Shown: positions 24,331 to 38,624, counted from the stretch's first letter. The stretch is 64,000 nucleotides of DNA from Epiperipatus broadwayi (GCA_028023455.1 JAQFVV010000005.1:8804001-8868000), one strand, 5' to 3'. Notes: generated by a model not told the origin, from the letters alone. Numbers and translations: made by a program.

Positions 24331-26899
24331 TTGTTTGCATTTTATATAATCTTTTTAGTGTTTACACTTATTTATTTTTAATATGTTTTAAATATTAGAG
24401 TCATCCTATCTATAATTCGATAACTGTTACACTGCTATTACTAACGTTTTTAATGAAAAGCAGCGTAACTAAACCATTTAACTTTTTTTTAAAAGTTATT
24501 TAATAATTAATAGATGATCTCATTATTATAGTGAATTAAAATTTAAAATATAATAGTAAAGAAACAGTTTGACAAAATTGTTTCAAATTCCTACTCTTTT
24601 TTTTAAATAATAGCTCAAATCTTAGGCTTGCTTTGTAAGGATTCTTCTAATTCAAGTAGTATGTTTTCGAGGATATACTATATGCCTCGCTTGAATGTTT
24701 AATTTAGATGTAGAAAAGATTACTTAATAAATTTTCGTTTAAAATGAGAATGCATTTTGTAGACAATACTTATTTTATTTTATATATATATAAAAGTCAT
24801 ACTAGTTTCTTGCTCGGGAGTTCTGAAGAAGTTCAAAAAACTATTGTTGACCGTGCGAAACTGCAATCCATGGACTTTGCGCTCCAAAATTGAACACTTT
24901 TTTGATTTTTAAAAACAAACTATTATAAATGGTTATTAAGTAAGCAACATTACCAAATTTAGCCAATATTTGGAATAAATAGCAATTCTATTTTCATAGC
25001 TTTTTTTTTATTTATTTCCGTGTTAATTATGGTCGATTAAGACAACACATTAATCTTTCTTGATTATTTTGTAATTATTAGTTTCTAAGTTACAAAATAC
25101 AGTATATACGTCATATGATCCACCTTGGCACAGTAACCAAATATTCTGAAGTTGAATTTATTTTTATTCACAAAAGTTAAAATATAATTGAATTCTGAAT
25201 CATTTTCTTTTGATAATAATAAAAAGAATATTACGGTACTTTGCAATTTTATGTTTTGCAAAAGGTTGCAGATTAATTAAATTTAAATCAATATTCTATC
25301 TCTTGATGACGTTAGATTTGTCTTCAAATTCATTTGGACAGTGACTTTTTATTATCTTTTGTTGTCCTCAGACTTGATGTGTTAACTGTCTTCCCCCTCC
25401 CCCCAGCTTTTTTTTTGTTAGATTCTTATGGGTAAAGTATTTCTGTTTTGTAGTTCATCCATACTTTATGTCTTTGATGTACTTTCATTTGATTGGTTTT
25501 CACAATAAAAGTTTCAACATAGACAATTTAATTCAACTTGGAATTTGTTGATAGTCTGATTTGTGGATTCAACTATCTGATTGTGTTAGGCTTGAAGTCT
25601 GATGAATTACTTTTCAAAGTACAATTCCGGCTCAGATATATATATATATATATTTGAGTTATATGTTTGCACATACATATTACTTTTTTAAAAAAAAATT
25701 TATGGAAATTAATATAAAATACAAATAAAATTTTTGATAACTAAAAAAGTATTGTAATAACAATAAATATATATGTATATAAAATATATTCTGAAATTTT
25801 ACTCAATGCTTTTATCATTTCAACTCAATCATGTTGTTAGCTTCTATCAACATGGAAACTCTAACCATCTTCTCTTACTACGCATGCACTTTGCAAACAA
25901 TCTTCAGTTGTTATATATGAAGTTTTTATTATTTATTTAAAATAATAATAATAATATAATTGCTATAAGTCTAAAGAAGACTGCTAGGCAATCAAAATTT
26001 TTACAGGGAAATTGAATAAAGTATAGTGAAAAATGTAAAAAAGGAGTTTAATTTTTTTAAGATTTGATGGAAGCAATGCATGAAAAATGAAAGATGTGTT
26101 GAACATTTTGGAGTTTTACTTTTTTTCAAGAAGAGTATTGGTACACAGCATTTTGACTATAATTCAGTTCTTACTGAACTGTTTTAGGATTCATTTGCCC
26201 CTTATTCCATTCTTTTTGTTTGTCCTTTATTTTTTGAGTGAAAATGGAACTTGAAAATCTATTCATTATTATTTGGGGAGTGGAATTATTTTTAAAATGA
26301 TTTGGTGTGAGAACTGTTATCTGGCAGCACCATTTCTGAATAGCATATTTAAAAAACACTCTTATTAAGCCTACAATTAAGGCGATGGTATTAAGTGATA
26401 GTATGTCATATATGTACTTTTCTATTATTAATGAAAACTATTATTTCAAGAATCAATAAACTATGTGTAATCTTAATCACTACCAATTAAATTCTGGCTG
26501 TATCTGATGTACCTTTAACTATCATCTTTCAATGTTCTAGTACTGGTAGCAATTATGAACTTTGGACTATATTTATTTAAGTAATTTTGGTCACTATGTG
26601 TAATCAAGCTTACATTTTCATTCTCACAATTTATTAGTGATGTGTATTAAGTTGAGCATTTGAGGATAGCCTACTGGAAGAATGATTACATTAAATACTC
26701 AAACAATAGAGTTTTTTTCTACAGACCTTATTTCATCTTATTTTGCAAACTCATTTGTATCCACTCTAATCTCTGAAATTCTAAATTAAGTTTAGTCCAT
26801 CTAGTAACAAACTTGTTGATGTTTTTATTATTTTCTATGCTTGCCATGTTGGTAGAATTTTGACTTTCTATGTTCATCTCATATGAAGTTTGTAAATGC

Positions 26900-28320
26900 A
26901 AACAATTAATGGCATAAATATAGAAGATGATTTTTTTTCTTGACTTGTTGCAATTTAATTTACCATTTCAATGTGTAAGAGTATGAGTGCTAAGGGATCT
27001 GTTTTTCTGCTGAAAACATACTCTTCCACAGTTTGTGTTGATATCATACATATAGTCATGAACTTTTTTAATTTTGTAAATTAGAGTTAGGATCTTTTTG
27101 TTAAAGTGAGCATTTTTCTAAGATTTAGTGAGTGCTCAAGAAGAAAATGAAAAGTGTGTGTATTGGTCTCACAATTATTCATGCAAGTCATGTTGTGGCA
27201 ACTAAGCCAATTGATGAAGGATCGTAAATAAATATCAAAGATTTTTGTGAACCATAGTAAGCCAGTATAAATAACAAGGATTTTAATATTTGAAACATTT
27301 GTTGTCTTGATGAAGTACCAAAACTAAACTCATTTTTATCAAGCAGCATACAGCTACCTTGGTTTTATAATGTAAAATGTTTTCATAACTTATGAATTAT
27401 AGAAATAAGTCGAGCTGACATTTGTTTTTAAACTTTAAGCCTCAAGCAATGCCTTCATTTCATTTATCATCAGTAAATCTTATGACACAGAAATTCCTAG
27501 TTCATTGGCTTCAAAAGTATATATATCAGTTGAATTTAATATCATCTGTAGTTAATTTGCATAGCAGTTTTCTGACAAATTCTCATAATTGACTGAGTAT
27601 GAGAATAAAATCAGTGCATCAGATAGTTCAAAAGCTATTTGATCTAATATACATTGGAATATTAATCAACTTCTGATATTCAGAAAGGACAGTCAATTTA
27701 TTTTGAATTTTACATGATCTGCCAATGGCTGTCTATCGACAGGTAGTCTATTTTACTGCTGAAGATCATTTTTCTCAAAAAGACTTTCTCATCAAATAGT
27801 CTGAAGAGAATCTGCAAAATTCATAAAGATATGGATAATTATCTAAAAATAGTATATTAATTATCTTCACAAGTTTTGATTTCTCTATGGTGTTAGATGT
27901 TAAATATTATCCAGAGTTGCCTGTTTAAATATGATCAATTGAATGACTCCTTTGTTTGTTGTTTATCAACTTTTCAGATACTTTATCATGCAAATTAAAT
28001 GACAAAGTTATATAATTATGGATTAAATTTTTTTTATTCTATTTTAAATGAATTGCTAATTTATAACAATGTTTTAATTTTATGAAATTTTTTCCCCAAA
28101 AGTTTATTTTGTTGATGGTCTGATTCCCCTCCACTATATGCACCTGGTAATTGAACCAATCATGATCAATTAAGTTGCCATATTTAGTGGGCAAAATAAT
28201 CAGGCAGTTGAAAGATTTAATTGTTCTTTGTCCTTCTATTACAGATTTGCCAAGAATTAGGAATCTAATTTTTTTTGGTAATCTTAAATTATTTGATTGC
28301 ACTTCTGTACTTTGTATATT
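26900..28320 (-). mobile_element. Degenerate 3' half of an RNase H-encoding (I-group) LINE
   Basis: Minus ORF 28039-28302 (RFLILGK...WG, RT C-terminus-like), IYTFEANEL (~27530, RNase H-like) and QTVEEYVF (~27030, zinc-knuckle-like). Homologous to 18300-19000. Confidence 0.5.
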
Positions 28321-28889
28321 TGAAGCACATTGACTTTCGATTAACTTTTTTTTTTTTAATAAGCAATGGAAATTGCTAAATCACATTATAAATACATTAC
28401 TATTGACATATTTACTTTAATGCGTAATACTGAGTTTGTGTCCTTCTTAGTATTGCTTAATTCAAACTCTTTTTTGCAGTTTTTGAGAACCGATTTCTTC
28501 CCTTATTTAAATCAGTTTTTTGTCTCATTTTAGAGAAAGAAAATTCTTTATGAAGTTTAACATAATGGCAGAATTGATAAATTATTTACATATATAAGCA
28601 TTAATTATGAGAATAGCCATTATTATATCTGCAGTAAGATTTGTATGATTTCACATGTGTAGATTTTGATCCTGAAGTACCAGTTTGAAATATAATTAGA
28701 TTATTTTGATCATATTTAATTTCTAAGTGTATTTAACTTTAAATCCTTAATTGCAGATTATTCAGTTAGTGATCTTTGAATAACTATGGAGAGTCAACTT
28801 TGTTGGTTGTGGTGTTTTATATTGTAGATGAAATTGCCATAATGTGTCAACTAAAAAGTGCTTAAAATCATGAACGAAAGCTAACTTCT

Positions 28890-28974
28890 GCTTTGTGGTT
28901 AGCATATCTGCCTTACAAGCAGCTGGCCTGGGTTCGCTTCTCGATCAATGTTTTGACATAATGGAAAAACAAAA
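28890..28974 (+). mobile_element. 5'-truncated tRNA-Gly(TCC)-derived SINE
   Basis: GTGGTTAGCATATCTGCCTTACAAGCAGCTGGCCTGGGTTCGCTTCTCGATCAATG + TTTTGACATAATGG + A-rich tail. 13-bp TSD AAAGCTAACTTCT (28877-89 / 28975-87). Confidence 0.85.
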
Positions 28975-29579
28975 AAAGCTAACTTCTTTAATTTTGTTGC
29001 ATAATCTATGTATTTTCATCATTCATCTGATTTCAAAGATTCAAATGATATCTTTGCATTTTTAAAATGTTTAAGAGCAAGAAGTATGTTCTTAGTAACT
29101 GAATTGTTCATTTGGACATATAAGTGGCCTGGCTTCACAATACATATGTTGCTGATTTCCATGCAGTTTTAAAATGCTGATTTTTTGATATTTATCCAAT
29201 TTAAAAATAATTTTAATCTGTCTTAATACATGTGCAATTTTCCAAAGTACTTGCATCAAACTGTCCTGTAGACATGATTTTTAACATAAAATTCAATAGA
29301 TTACTTCTGCTTGCACTCATATTCCAGTGTGCCTATCTGTGATTAATGCTTTTTTCTATTTTTCTTAATGGCAATCATTATTTGGCTTTGCTCAATAATG
29401 TAATCTTATTTTGATTATTTATTTATGCTAGTTCTATTGTGATTGAGCAATTATTGCCAATGAATTAGAAATCAATTCAAGAATTATTGATTTCTATCAA
29501 CAATACATTTCATATATAGTTTAGATTTGATAATTTGTTTTAACTATTTTTTTCTAATAATTCAAAGTTGATTAAAAAT

Positions 29580-29975
29580 TACTAGTAATAGCATAAAAAC
29601 GATTTACTCGCTGACGAAGAAGCTTCCAAATAAACAAAACAAAACTATTAAATGGGCCAAGCGCTTTCGAGGTTTGCCCTCATATTCATGGCCGACGAAA
29701 GTAATAAATCTTTACGTAGTGTTATTAAATAACAAATATGCAAATGTAAATGCAAATCAGTTTGACCATTTTTTTGAAATGGAAAAACACGTATCGCGTC
29801 TATTGATAGAATTGTTGTCGCAAATAATAAAGTACGCCTCTTTGATCTTTCTTTTACAGTCGTTGGTTTCAGGGCATACAATCCTGGGTTGCCTGGTTCG
29901 AACATATGGCCAGTCTGCTTTTCATGTTCCAGAAATATTGAAAAGTTATCGCTGTTCTTTTTTGCTCGTAAGTAA
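29580..29975 (-). mobile_element. 3' fragment of a Penelope-like element (GIY-YIG C-terminus + 3' UTR)
   Basis: The minus frame reads RAKKNSDNFSIFLEHEKQTGHMFE...KERSKRR (PLE GIY-YIG H..TGH motif). The segment is CpG-rich (young or unmethylated), with a hammerhead at the end of the ORF. Confidence 0.75.
29655..29693 (-). ncRNA. Minimal type I hammerhead ribozyme-like motif (A3-U8 variant)
   Basis: Minus strand: GGCC ATGAATA T GAGG GCAAA CCTC GAAA GCGC TT GGCC. Stem I is 4 bp, stem II is 4 bp, helix III is the palindrome AGCGCT, and the site is CUU. Confidence 0.7.
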
Positions 29976-30199
29976 ATATTATTAATGAGGTTTACCCACT
30001 TTATGGAATAAGTAGCAGTTCTGTTTTGTTAGCCCACATATTGAGTGATCTGTATTTTATTCACTGCATTGTTTTGTGATAACATTATTTTTTATGATTA
30101 CTATGTTAATACAATATCTAAATGTCTTGCTGTTGGTCTTATATTTATTGTCAATGCAGTTTTTGTAATTTCAAGTTTGCTTCAAAAAGCACTTTAAAA

Positions 30200-30600
30200 A
30201 TACATTATTCATTCAGAAGATAAATCTTTTCATTGCCTTTTACACACTTTCAAAACTGCTGTAAAATGTCTAAAAAATACAGGCACTAATTTATGAAGGA
30301 ACAAAACTATTCCTTTGTAGATAGATAATTTGATGGCAAGATTGATTAAAAATATAGTTTAAAAACACGAGAAAATACCTATACAGTAATTCTGACTGTT
30401 AGTATGTTTAAAGATTAACAAATATGTAGAACATTATACCTTAAACAAGAATTATCAATAAGAAAAGAAGTTTGTAAGTTGTTGTTTATGTTATTATAAA
30501 CGTACAGAAAAGTACATTTTAGAAAGTCATTTCAGCGATTGTGGAATATTTGACATTCTCATAGAATTTACTTGAAATAATGGATTATTCTTTGCAGTTT
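30200..30600 (+). pseudogene. Decayed C2H2 zinc-finger paralog (copy 2, 3' end)
   Basis: AAGTTTGTAAGTTGTTGTTTATGTTATTATAAACGTACAGAAAAGTACATTTTAGAAAGTCAT (~30468-30530) matches the last finger of the 36.9-kb gene, followed by ATTCTCATA and the same minisatellite. Confidence 0.6.
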
Positions 30601-30789
30601 TTTACAAATCTTTATTAATAACAATTTTTACCATTTTTAATGTAATTAGTAAAAACTGACATTAAATCTTTTATAGCAGGAATGAACTTTTTATATATCA
30701 TAATTTTGTTTAAAAATGGAGACTAACTGGGATTTTGCTTAATGATTGTATTACTGATTAACATATGATTTTAAAGTATATTATAGTCT

Positions 30790-31050
30790 TTCAGTCATCA
30801 GCTGAAGTCAGAGATAAATCAATCAACAGAAGAGAGAATTAGATCAGTCATCAGCTGAAGTAAGAACTAGATCACTTAGTAACTGAAATGAGTTCAGTTA
30901 TCAGCTGAAATGAAAAGTAGCTAAGTCATCAACAGAAGTGAGAAATCAATGAGCCATTCATTGAAATGAGAAGTAGTATAGTTAGTTTTTCTGTTGAAGG
31001 GTGTAGATCAATTATTGACTGAAATAAGGAATAGATTACTTATCAACTCA
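30790..31050 (+). repeat. 28-bp minisatellite (same family as 20230-21630)
   Basis: About 9 units of AGATCAGTCATCAGCTGAAGTGAGAA-type sequence. Confidence 0.85.
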
Positions 31051-33469
31051 AGTGTTAAGAAATAAATTAGAGACTTGTTAATTAATTGGATACTATATTA
31101 AATAAAATTCACTTTATTTAATAACAATGCTGCTTTAATTAATCATATAAAAATTTATATTTAATCAGTTTTGCTGTAAAATGTTTTGTAATTAAGATAA
31201 ATATATACATAGACCTATATAGAGTAGGAATTGTGAATTTTGTCTTTAATAAAATTTGAACATCCATTTTGAAATTGATTTAATAACTATTGAATAGTTT
31301 TTATTATAAATCATAATGACTGTTGGCATAAACTAAAAATATAATATTGTATTCACATACATGATAAAATTCTTTTCAAAAAACATTTGAACAATATCCA
31401 CATTTCATACTAGATGAGATTTGCACCTATTGTAAATAATTTACCTAATAATTTACCAGTCTCAATTTTTGTCAGTTTTTCACTAATTTAAATAATGCCC
31501 TACTTAGATCTTCATCATTTTCAATAAAAGAAGAATTATGTTTTTTTGTAGATAACTTCAAATTGGCTCCTGATTCAAAGTTCTTTTTTCTAGAATAAAT
31601 GCTGAATTCACAATAGACTTAGTATTTCCTATAAGTCAGTTCCTGTAATGAGCACAAGAGCTGAACAATGGGTTATAATTTTGTTCACATATCAGAATTC
31701 TTAATATATAAAAATAAATATTTTATTTGTATTCTGTAAAAGATTTATTAATTTTTCATTTGCTTTCTCATTTATTGATCCCTGCTAAAAATAATATTTC
31801 AAAGCAAATCTATGATCACTACAGTGCTGGAAAGTATATTTCTTAAAAGCTTACTGTTGCACATAAATAATGTGATAAACAATATGTATTGGACTATACA
31901 TTCAATGCTTATAAATATCAATTAAATGATTTTCTAAAATGATCATATTTTGTTAAGAATCTTCAAGAATAAATGGACTGATATATTTTTTTATCACTAT
32001 CTCTTTTTATCATTTATATCTTCAATTATTATATTACAAAATATTTTGTTATATACCTACTGAGGTACATCACCTTATCTTATTTAAAAGTATGATCTCG
32101 TCATTGATATCAAACAATTTCTTTCTCTTTGAACTTCAGCTCTTTATATAAACCTACTTAGAAAACAGATATTAACCCAATCATCAGACAAGTTTTTGCC
32201 TTTATCTTTTGATGAGGGAATGTAATTATTCCCAAAACTTTTTTTTTTTTTAAATTTGATTTGGAAGTGAAAAGATTACTACTATCAAATACAATTAGTA
32301 AATGTAGAATAGAAAATTGTGATGTTTTTTTAAAAAATTACATAAACTTTTTGAATTTTTGTATTAGGCATTCCAGTATTTACATCTTTTTTTGATATAT
32401 TACATTTTATTTCTTTAGGATCATTTCATTTGTATTTATATTATGTTATCATTGCATTAAAGTTTACTTTTTTATAGTAGCAACAATATTATATTTTTTA
32501 CATTTATTTATGAATTACATCAGAGTTAGCATCTTTTCTGAATATTGTACTTTATACTGTATTATTGATTTTGGTTAAGTATTTAAATTTCATGTAAGCC
32601 TTTATGCAATATATAATGACTAATCAGGAAAATTTTTCTCATTTATAGAATGAATAACTTAAATAGATTAGTATAAGTAACAAACATTGTAGGATCAAAT
32701 ATATTTATAATTCATTAAAAATAAATGTATGCATTATTTCTTTACAGGATTGTGATCATATTCCCTTTTAATATTACATTATTAAAACTCTCCATCTATG
32801 TTTAATTCTATGATTAATTTCATCCATGTTTCATCTGTATTATTACTCTGACAATTGTATATATAGTTGTTAGCATCTAAATCTTGATTATTAATTTATT
32901 TTATTCTATGAAAAAGCATTGAACATTATTTTAATCTTTTTAGTATATATCTTTAGTTCTAAATTGATGTTTATTTTTAGAAGTATCTACTATATATATA
33001 TATATTAACTTGTAACAATTATTAAACAATAAAATTGTTAATTTGTCATATTACTGAAACATGGAAATTATTTAAGGAATGCATAACAGATACAAATAAA
33101 TCTAATCTTGAAATCATTTTTAAAAAAATCATGATTAGTTTTCTGACAATGATTTTATTAGTAATTTGATTAAAAGGAATCATGACATTTTTTTTGCTTG
33201 GTAGAATAATAAATTAAATGTGAAATTTCATAATAAATATAGAAATCTGAGGGTTTAAAAATTATTAATGGATTAAAACTGTAATGAAGATACAGACATT
33301 CATTAATAATAGTCACCCTTAATCTTTTTTGATGCACCAAAAGCAACAAATAATGTGAGAAATGGTATCACAGTCCAGTTCGCTCTCTTACATAATAATG
33401 ATATATTAAACAAATGGAATAAGTATTTTGATTATGTTATGCATTGAGATGATATCTTTTAATGATATA

Positions 33470-35130
33470 TCTAGTTTAATGAAGTCAAAACAGCTTTTTG
33501 TAATCCTAAAAGTGGAAAGGCTACAAGTCCTGATGAAATGTCTGCAGAAGTTTTAAAAATGACGGTGAATTTTGGAACTTTTTGCAAATATATGGGCCCA
33601 TAAGTTAGTTGTACTGCCTGATCTTATAGATGTTTCTAATGTTCCAATTTTTAAAAGGAAAGGGAACAGACAAGATTGCAGTAATTTTTGCGGAATATCA
33701 TCTATTATGGCAAAGATACTTTCAAAATTGTTTTTGAATGAGTTGCTTCCAATCATAAATAATTAGTTACCAGAGACTCAGTGTCATGTTAAAGAATTAA
33801 GAAGCACTACAGACAGTTTTTTGTTTTCAGGCAAATGCAAGAAAAATGTCAGGAACAAAAGAGTAATTTTTTATATATTGCTTTTATTGATTTAATCAAG
33901 GGATGTAATGCAGTTAATCAAGTAGGTTTGTGGTGTTTGAAATTATTTGGTTCTCCACCAATACTTGTATTATACTGTTTCTACATTGTGGAATGAGATA
34001 AAGTGTTATTACAATAGGTAAAAAATCTGAAACATATGAAGTGAAAACTGATGTTAAACAAAAATTATACTCACTTGTCAATTTTTATGATAGTTATCTT
34101 TGGAAATATTTATAAGTAGCTTAAAGAATCAGAGATCAAGATGTGATATAAGTTTGACGATGAAAATTTTAATGTTTAATTGATCAAAAGCAAAAACAAG
34201 AACTTCATCTTCTTGGATTCTGGATTTACAGTATGCTAATGATTGTGCTATTTTTGTGAGATTAAAAGACAATTTATAAAATTTATTTAATGTTTTGAAT
34301 GAAATTTCGTTTAATAATTAATGTTAAAAAAATTCTTCAGTGTTTTTTTATCAATCAGTGATAAAAGAAAATTTTGCATCCACTTTTAACTTCGATGATT
34401 GTCATCCTGAGAGTGTAAATTAATTTAAATACTATGATATTTTATAAATAGAAAGATGATTGAGGCACAACACAGATTCTAGTGTGCAGCTGCTTTTTTT
34501 AACAAATTAAAAAACAATATTTCATCATAGAAAAATAACTATTGCAACTAAGTTAACTAAATAGAGTTCTTACTTTACTTAATTTATTGAATGGCAGTAA
34601 GTCTTGGACATCCTATCTATGTATTGTAGAGGCATTAGAAAAAAATCATTTAAGACTGTTCCATAAAATTTTAAAAATATAATTGCAAGATCCCAAAATC
34701 AACCAATATATTCTTCAGTTTGTTGGATGTGATACTAAAGAATCCATTACTGTAAATAGCTTTATTAGATTAAACATGTTAAATGTATAAGTAATGTAAG
34801 ACTGTCTAAAAAGGTGTTTTATGGTGAACTTGATAATTATTTTTATGGGATAGACCCCATCTATATTATAAGGATTATCATAAAGATATTCTAAAGTAGT
34901 GTAATGTTAATTGTTTTCATTGGAATGATATGGCAGAAAATAGAATATATTGGAAAGCTCCAATTAGACATTGTGTTAAAGTATTTCTGAAAGAAAAGTT
35001 TTTTGTTGAAATTAAAAGATAGCATCACAAAATATCAAAAAAACAGAAAAATTGGCCAGCATGTCCTAGATGTGGATGTATTTGTAGATCACAGATTGGT
35101 TTGTACAATCATTGCAAAACTCATTTCTAG
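33470..35130 (+). mobile_element. Degenerate RTE-clade LINE (RT + C-terminus)
   Basis: GKATSPDE, IFKRKGNRQDCSNFCGIS, AFIDL, LQYANDCA and terminal CPRCGCICRSQIGLYNH, typical of RTE/BovB ORFs. Many stops. Confidence 0.85.
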
Positions 35131-36867
35131 AGCAGTTTTTTCCTTCTTTAGAGATAAAATTGTTTGAAAAGTACTGCACAGCAATTGTACTATGTAATAA
35201 ATTGTGCACTAAAATGATAGGAAAGTTATTGAATCATGTAATATAAATGTCACACAACTAAATTCACAACATAACATTTTATTCCTCAGTTATGCAATAG
35301 CATTTCATGTATACAGTGTCTCACCACAAATTACAGATGTCAGATGATGGTTGGAATTCTTTTAGTTGAATCCAAGCAAAATCAATACAGCTTTTTTCAA
35401 TATTAGTAATATTTATTTAAATGGTATCTGTATGATGTTTTTGCTTTTTATAATGCAAATTGTTTATTATACTCACAGTTTAAAATATCTTTCATATTTT
35501 ATAATTAAGATTTTTCTTATATGTTCATGTTTAATGGTCTCTACTAAGTTGAGTAAAGATTTGAAGTTTTAATACAACTGACAAAACAATGTTTGGACTT
35601 AGGTAATACATTATTATCTAGTGACGATCTTATTACATTGAATAATAGCATGAATTATAGCTTACACCTTATAAATAGTATGTTGTATCATTTCAATTTC
35701 TAATTCTATATTTATATATAGAGAGAGTGAGGGAGAGAGAAATATACATTTCAAGTAAAATAAATTATTCAAATTTATATTTTATATCTGCGTTAACAGT
35801 CTCTAAATATCACAACTCCAGAGTTACCTATATCATTTTAAGCAAGCAAAATTATTTAGATAATAATACCATCTAGATCAATAAAATTTCTAAGCTATTA
35901 ATTTTCATTGGTGAGGAATTTTGAATTACATGTATAGACAGTAGCCAACATCTTTGATTCCTGTTATAGTAAACAAGTTATTAATTTGATATTGTTAGCA
36001 CTAATATTTTGAATGCAAGCAAATATGCTTGTCTATCTTTATAAGATTTTTACTATAATATTCATTAAAATATTTACGTGTGTAGTTATGCAAGCATGTT
36101 GGCTTGAAATTAAGCTTTTGATTATCCTTTTATTCATTTACTTGAATAGTCTAATAAAAATAATGATAGCTGCTTGATGGCTATAAGCAGTTCAATATTC
36201 CTCACTGTACCTATCTAATATTTAAAAACTATTTTAGCATTGTACATACATTTATTTTATGTATTTTTTTTCTTTTAGATTAGGAATAAATGTAACTTTG
36301 GATAATTATCACATGCCTGGGAGTATACAGGATGAAATAATTTTTGGGGGATATTATCTATAAAACTATTTCCTCTTATATTATCGAGACTCAGAGAATT
36401 GTGACTTTAAATATTTACTTTACCTATATGATCATCATATCATTCTGGAAATATTGCAAAGACATATATGGTGCTTCTGAAAGCTTAATTTTATGATTCA
36501 GAAAAATATTATTCCTACTTATATAAAATAAGTATCTTCTATTTGGGTTTTAAAATCATAATAAAAGAAAATAAAATAAAAAAAACTCAAACAACTTTGA
36601 CTATGATAGTATGTCAGTTAATTTAAAAAAATCACTTAGAAACTAACTACTATTAGATGTAAAAAGTACCATGTGGTTGTCAACATTGGCAGATGACCAG
36701 TTAAATGAGTTAATGTTATTTTAAAGGAGATCACATCAATGAAGTATCACAATATTCTATCCACCTACCATTGAAAATTTATAGAAATTAACATTAGAAG
36801 TTACTATTTGACCTTTATTCTGTAATACAAATAAATAATGGGATATTGAATGTAACAAGCATTATTA

Positions 36868-38110
36868 TTGTATGAGAAAATGATCTCTACTAAAATACAT
36901 GAAAAAATTCTTGCCATAGCAAGACCATTTCAGTGCAGTTTATGTGGCTACCAAACAACTACAAAAGGTAATTTTAAGATACATCTAAAGTCTCATCCAG
37001 AAGAAAAACCTTTCCATTGCAGTTTTTGTGATTATAAGACTGCAGTAAAAAGTAGATTAAAACCACATGAATTAATTCATACTAAAGAAAAACCTTTTCA
37101 CTGTAACTTATGTGATTATAGAACTGCTTTCAAAAGTAGATTGAAACAGCATGAACTAGTTCATACAGGAGAAAAACCTTATCACTGTACTTTTTTGTGA
37201 TTATAGGACTGCTTTCAAAGGTAGTTTAAAAATACATGAATTAATTCATAAAAAAGAAATTCCTTTTCAATGCAATTTGTGTGATTTCAAAACTGCTTTC
37301 AAAAGTAGATTGAAACAGCATGAGTTGAGTCACACAGGAGAAAAACCTTTCCAGTGTAATTTTTGTGATTATAAGACTGCTTTTAAAAGTAGCTTAAAAG
37401 TACATGAAAGATCTCACAGTGGAGAAAAATCTTTTCAATGAAGTTTGTGCAATTACAAGACTAATAGAAAAGATAGTTTAACATATCATAAATTCACTCA
37501 TTTTGGTATAAAACGTTTTAAGTGCCTTCTGTGTGATTACAGAAGTACTACAAAATATAGCTTAAAAATACATGAATTAACTCATACAGACTATTGCAAA
37601 ACAACTACAGAAACTGATTTGAAAAAGCATGAAATATTTCATATAGGAAAAAAATCTTTTCAGTGCAGTTTATGTGATTTTCAGACAGCTTCAAAAAGTA
37701 ATTTAAAAATGCATGTGAAATTCACTCATTTAGGTGAAAAAAAAAATTTCTACTGCAGTTTATGCACCTACAAGACTGCTGCAAAACATAGTCTAAAAGT
37801 ACATCAACTAACTCATACAAGACTAAAATCTTTTAACTGTAGGTTAATTAATGACAAAACTAATGCAAAGAGTAGTTTAAAACTACAAGAAAATATTCAC
37901 ACAATAAAACAGATTATTTGTAATAATATTTGTTTAAAGAATAATAATTGTGTAGAACATTTTTCTTTAATGCAAGAAAAGTCATTGGGAGAAGTATATA
38001 AATGTTGTTTATGTGATTATAACATTACCGAAAAAAATCTTTTGGAAAGTCATGAAGTGAATCATTTTACTGATTATGAAACTCTTAAGATTCTCATAAG
38101 ATTCACATGA
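36868..38110 (+). pseudogene. Tandem C2H2 zinc-finger gene (about 11 recognisable + 2 degenerate fingers); frameshift and nonsense codon
   Basis: Repeated F.C.(L/F)CDYKT..K..LK.H...H units with TGEKPF-type linkers. An extra T in T6 at 37191-96 shifts the frame in finger 4. TGA at 37439-41 replaces the first Cys of finger 7. Confidence 0.85.
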
Positions 38111-38344
38111 AATATTGAATAATTCTTAAATTTAAAAAAAAAAAAACCTTATAAAAAAAATTTAATGTACTTATAAAAATTGGTATTAAATCATCAGAAA
38201 CTTTAATGAAATCACAACATTTAAAATACTTTTTCTGTAATGTGAACAGAAACTGACTAGGATTTACTTTAAATAGTTTATCCCTGATTAATTTATAGCT
38301 TTCAAGTGTAATGTTAATCAATATTATTTAGTAGCAGAATAGAA

Positions 38345-38580
38345 TATATTAAGCATCAATAGAAATGGATCGATCATTATTTGAAATGAGAAGTCAATCA
38401 TTAAGTGAGGTTTGCTGTAGATTAGTTATCAGCTGAAATGAGAATTAAATTAACTGTAGTAAGAAATAAAACAGTAATAAGCTGTATTGAGAAATATATC
38501 AGTCATCAATTGAGGGTAGAATTAAATCCATCATGAAGACTGAAATCAGAAGAAGCTGAAGGGAGAAATTGATTAGTCTC
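38345..38580 (+). repeat. Degenerate 28-bp minisatellite (same family)
   Basis: AGATTAGTTATCAGCTGAAATGAGAA-like units downstream of the zinc-finger stop. Confidence 0.75.
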
Positions 38581-38624
38581 ATTTGTTATTTGGATACTAT
38601 ATCTTTTTAAATAAAATTCATTTT

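Noticed and set aside
24823-24865. Hammerhead-like CTGAAGA...CGAAAC
   Set aside because: Stem II does not abut GAAA, and no helix I/III can be formed.
37439-37441. Selenocysteine recoding of the TGA at a zinc-ligand Cys
   Set aside because: A single C/T>A change explains it, an upstream frameshift also exists, and no SECIS was recognised.
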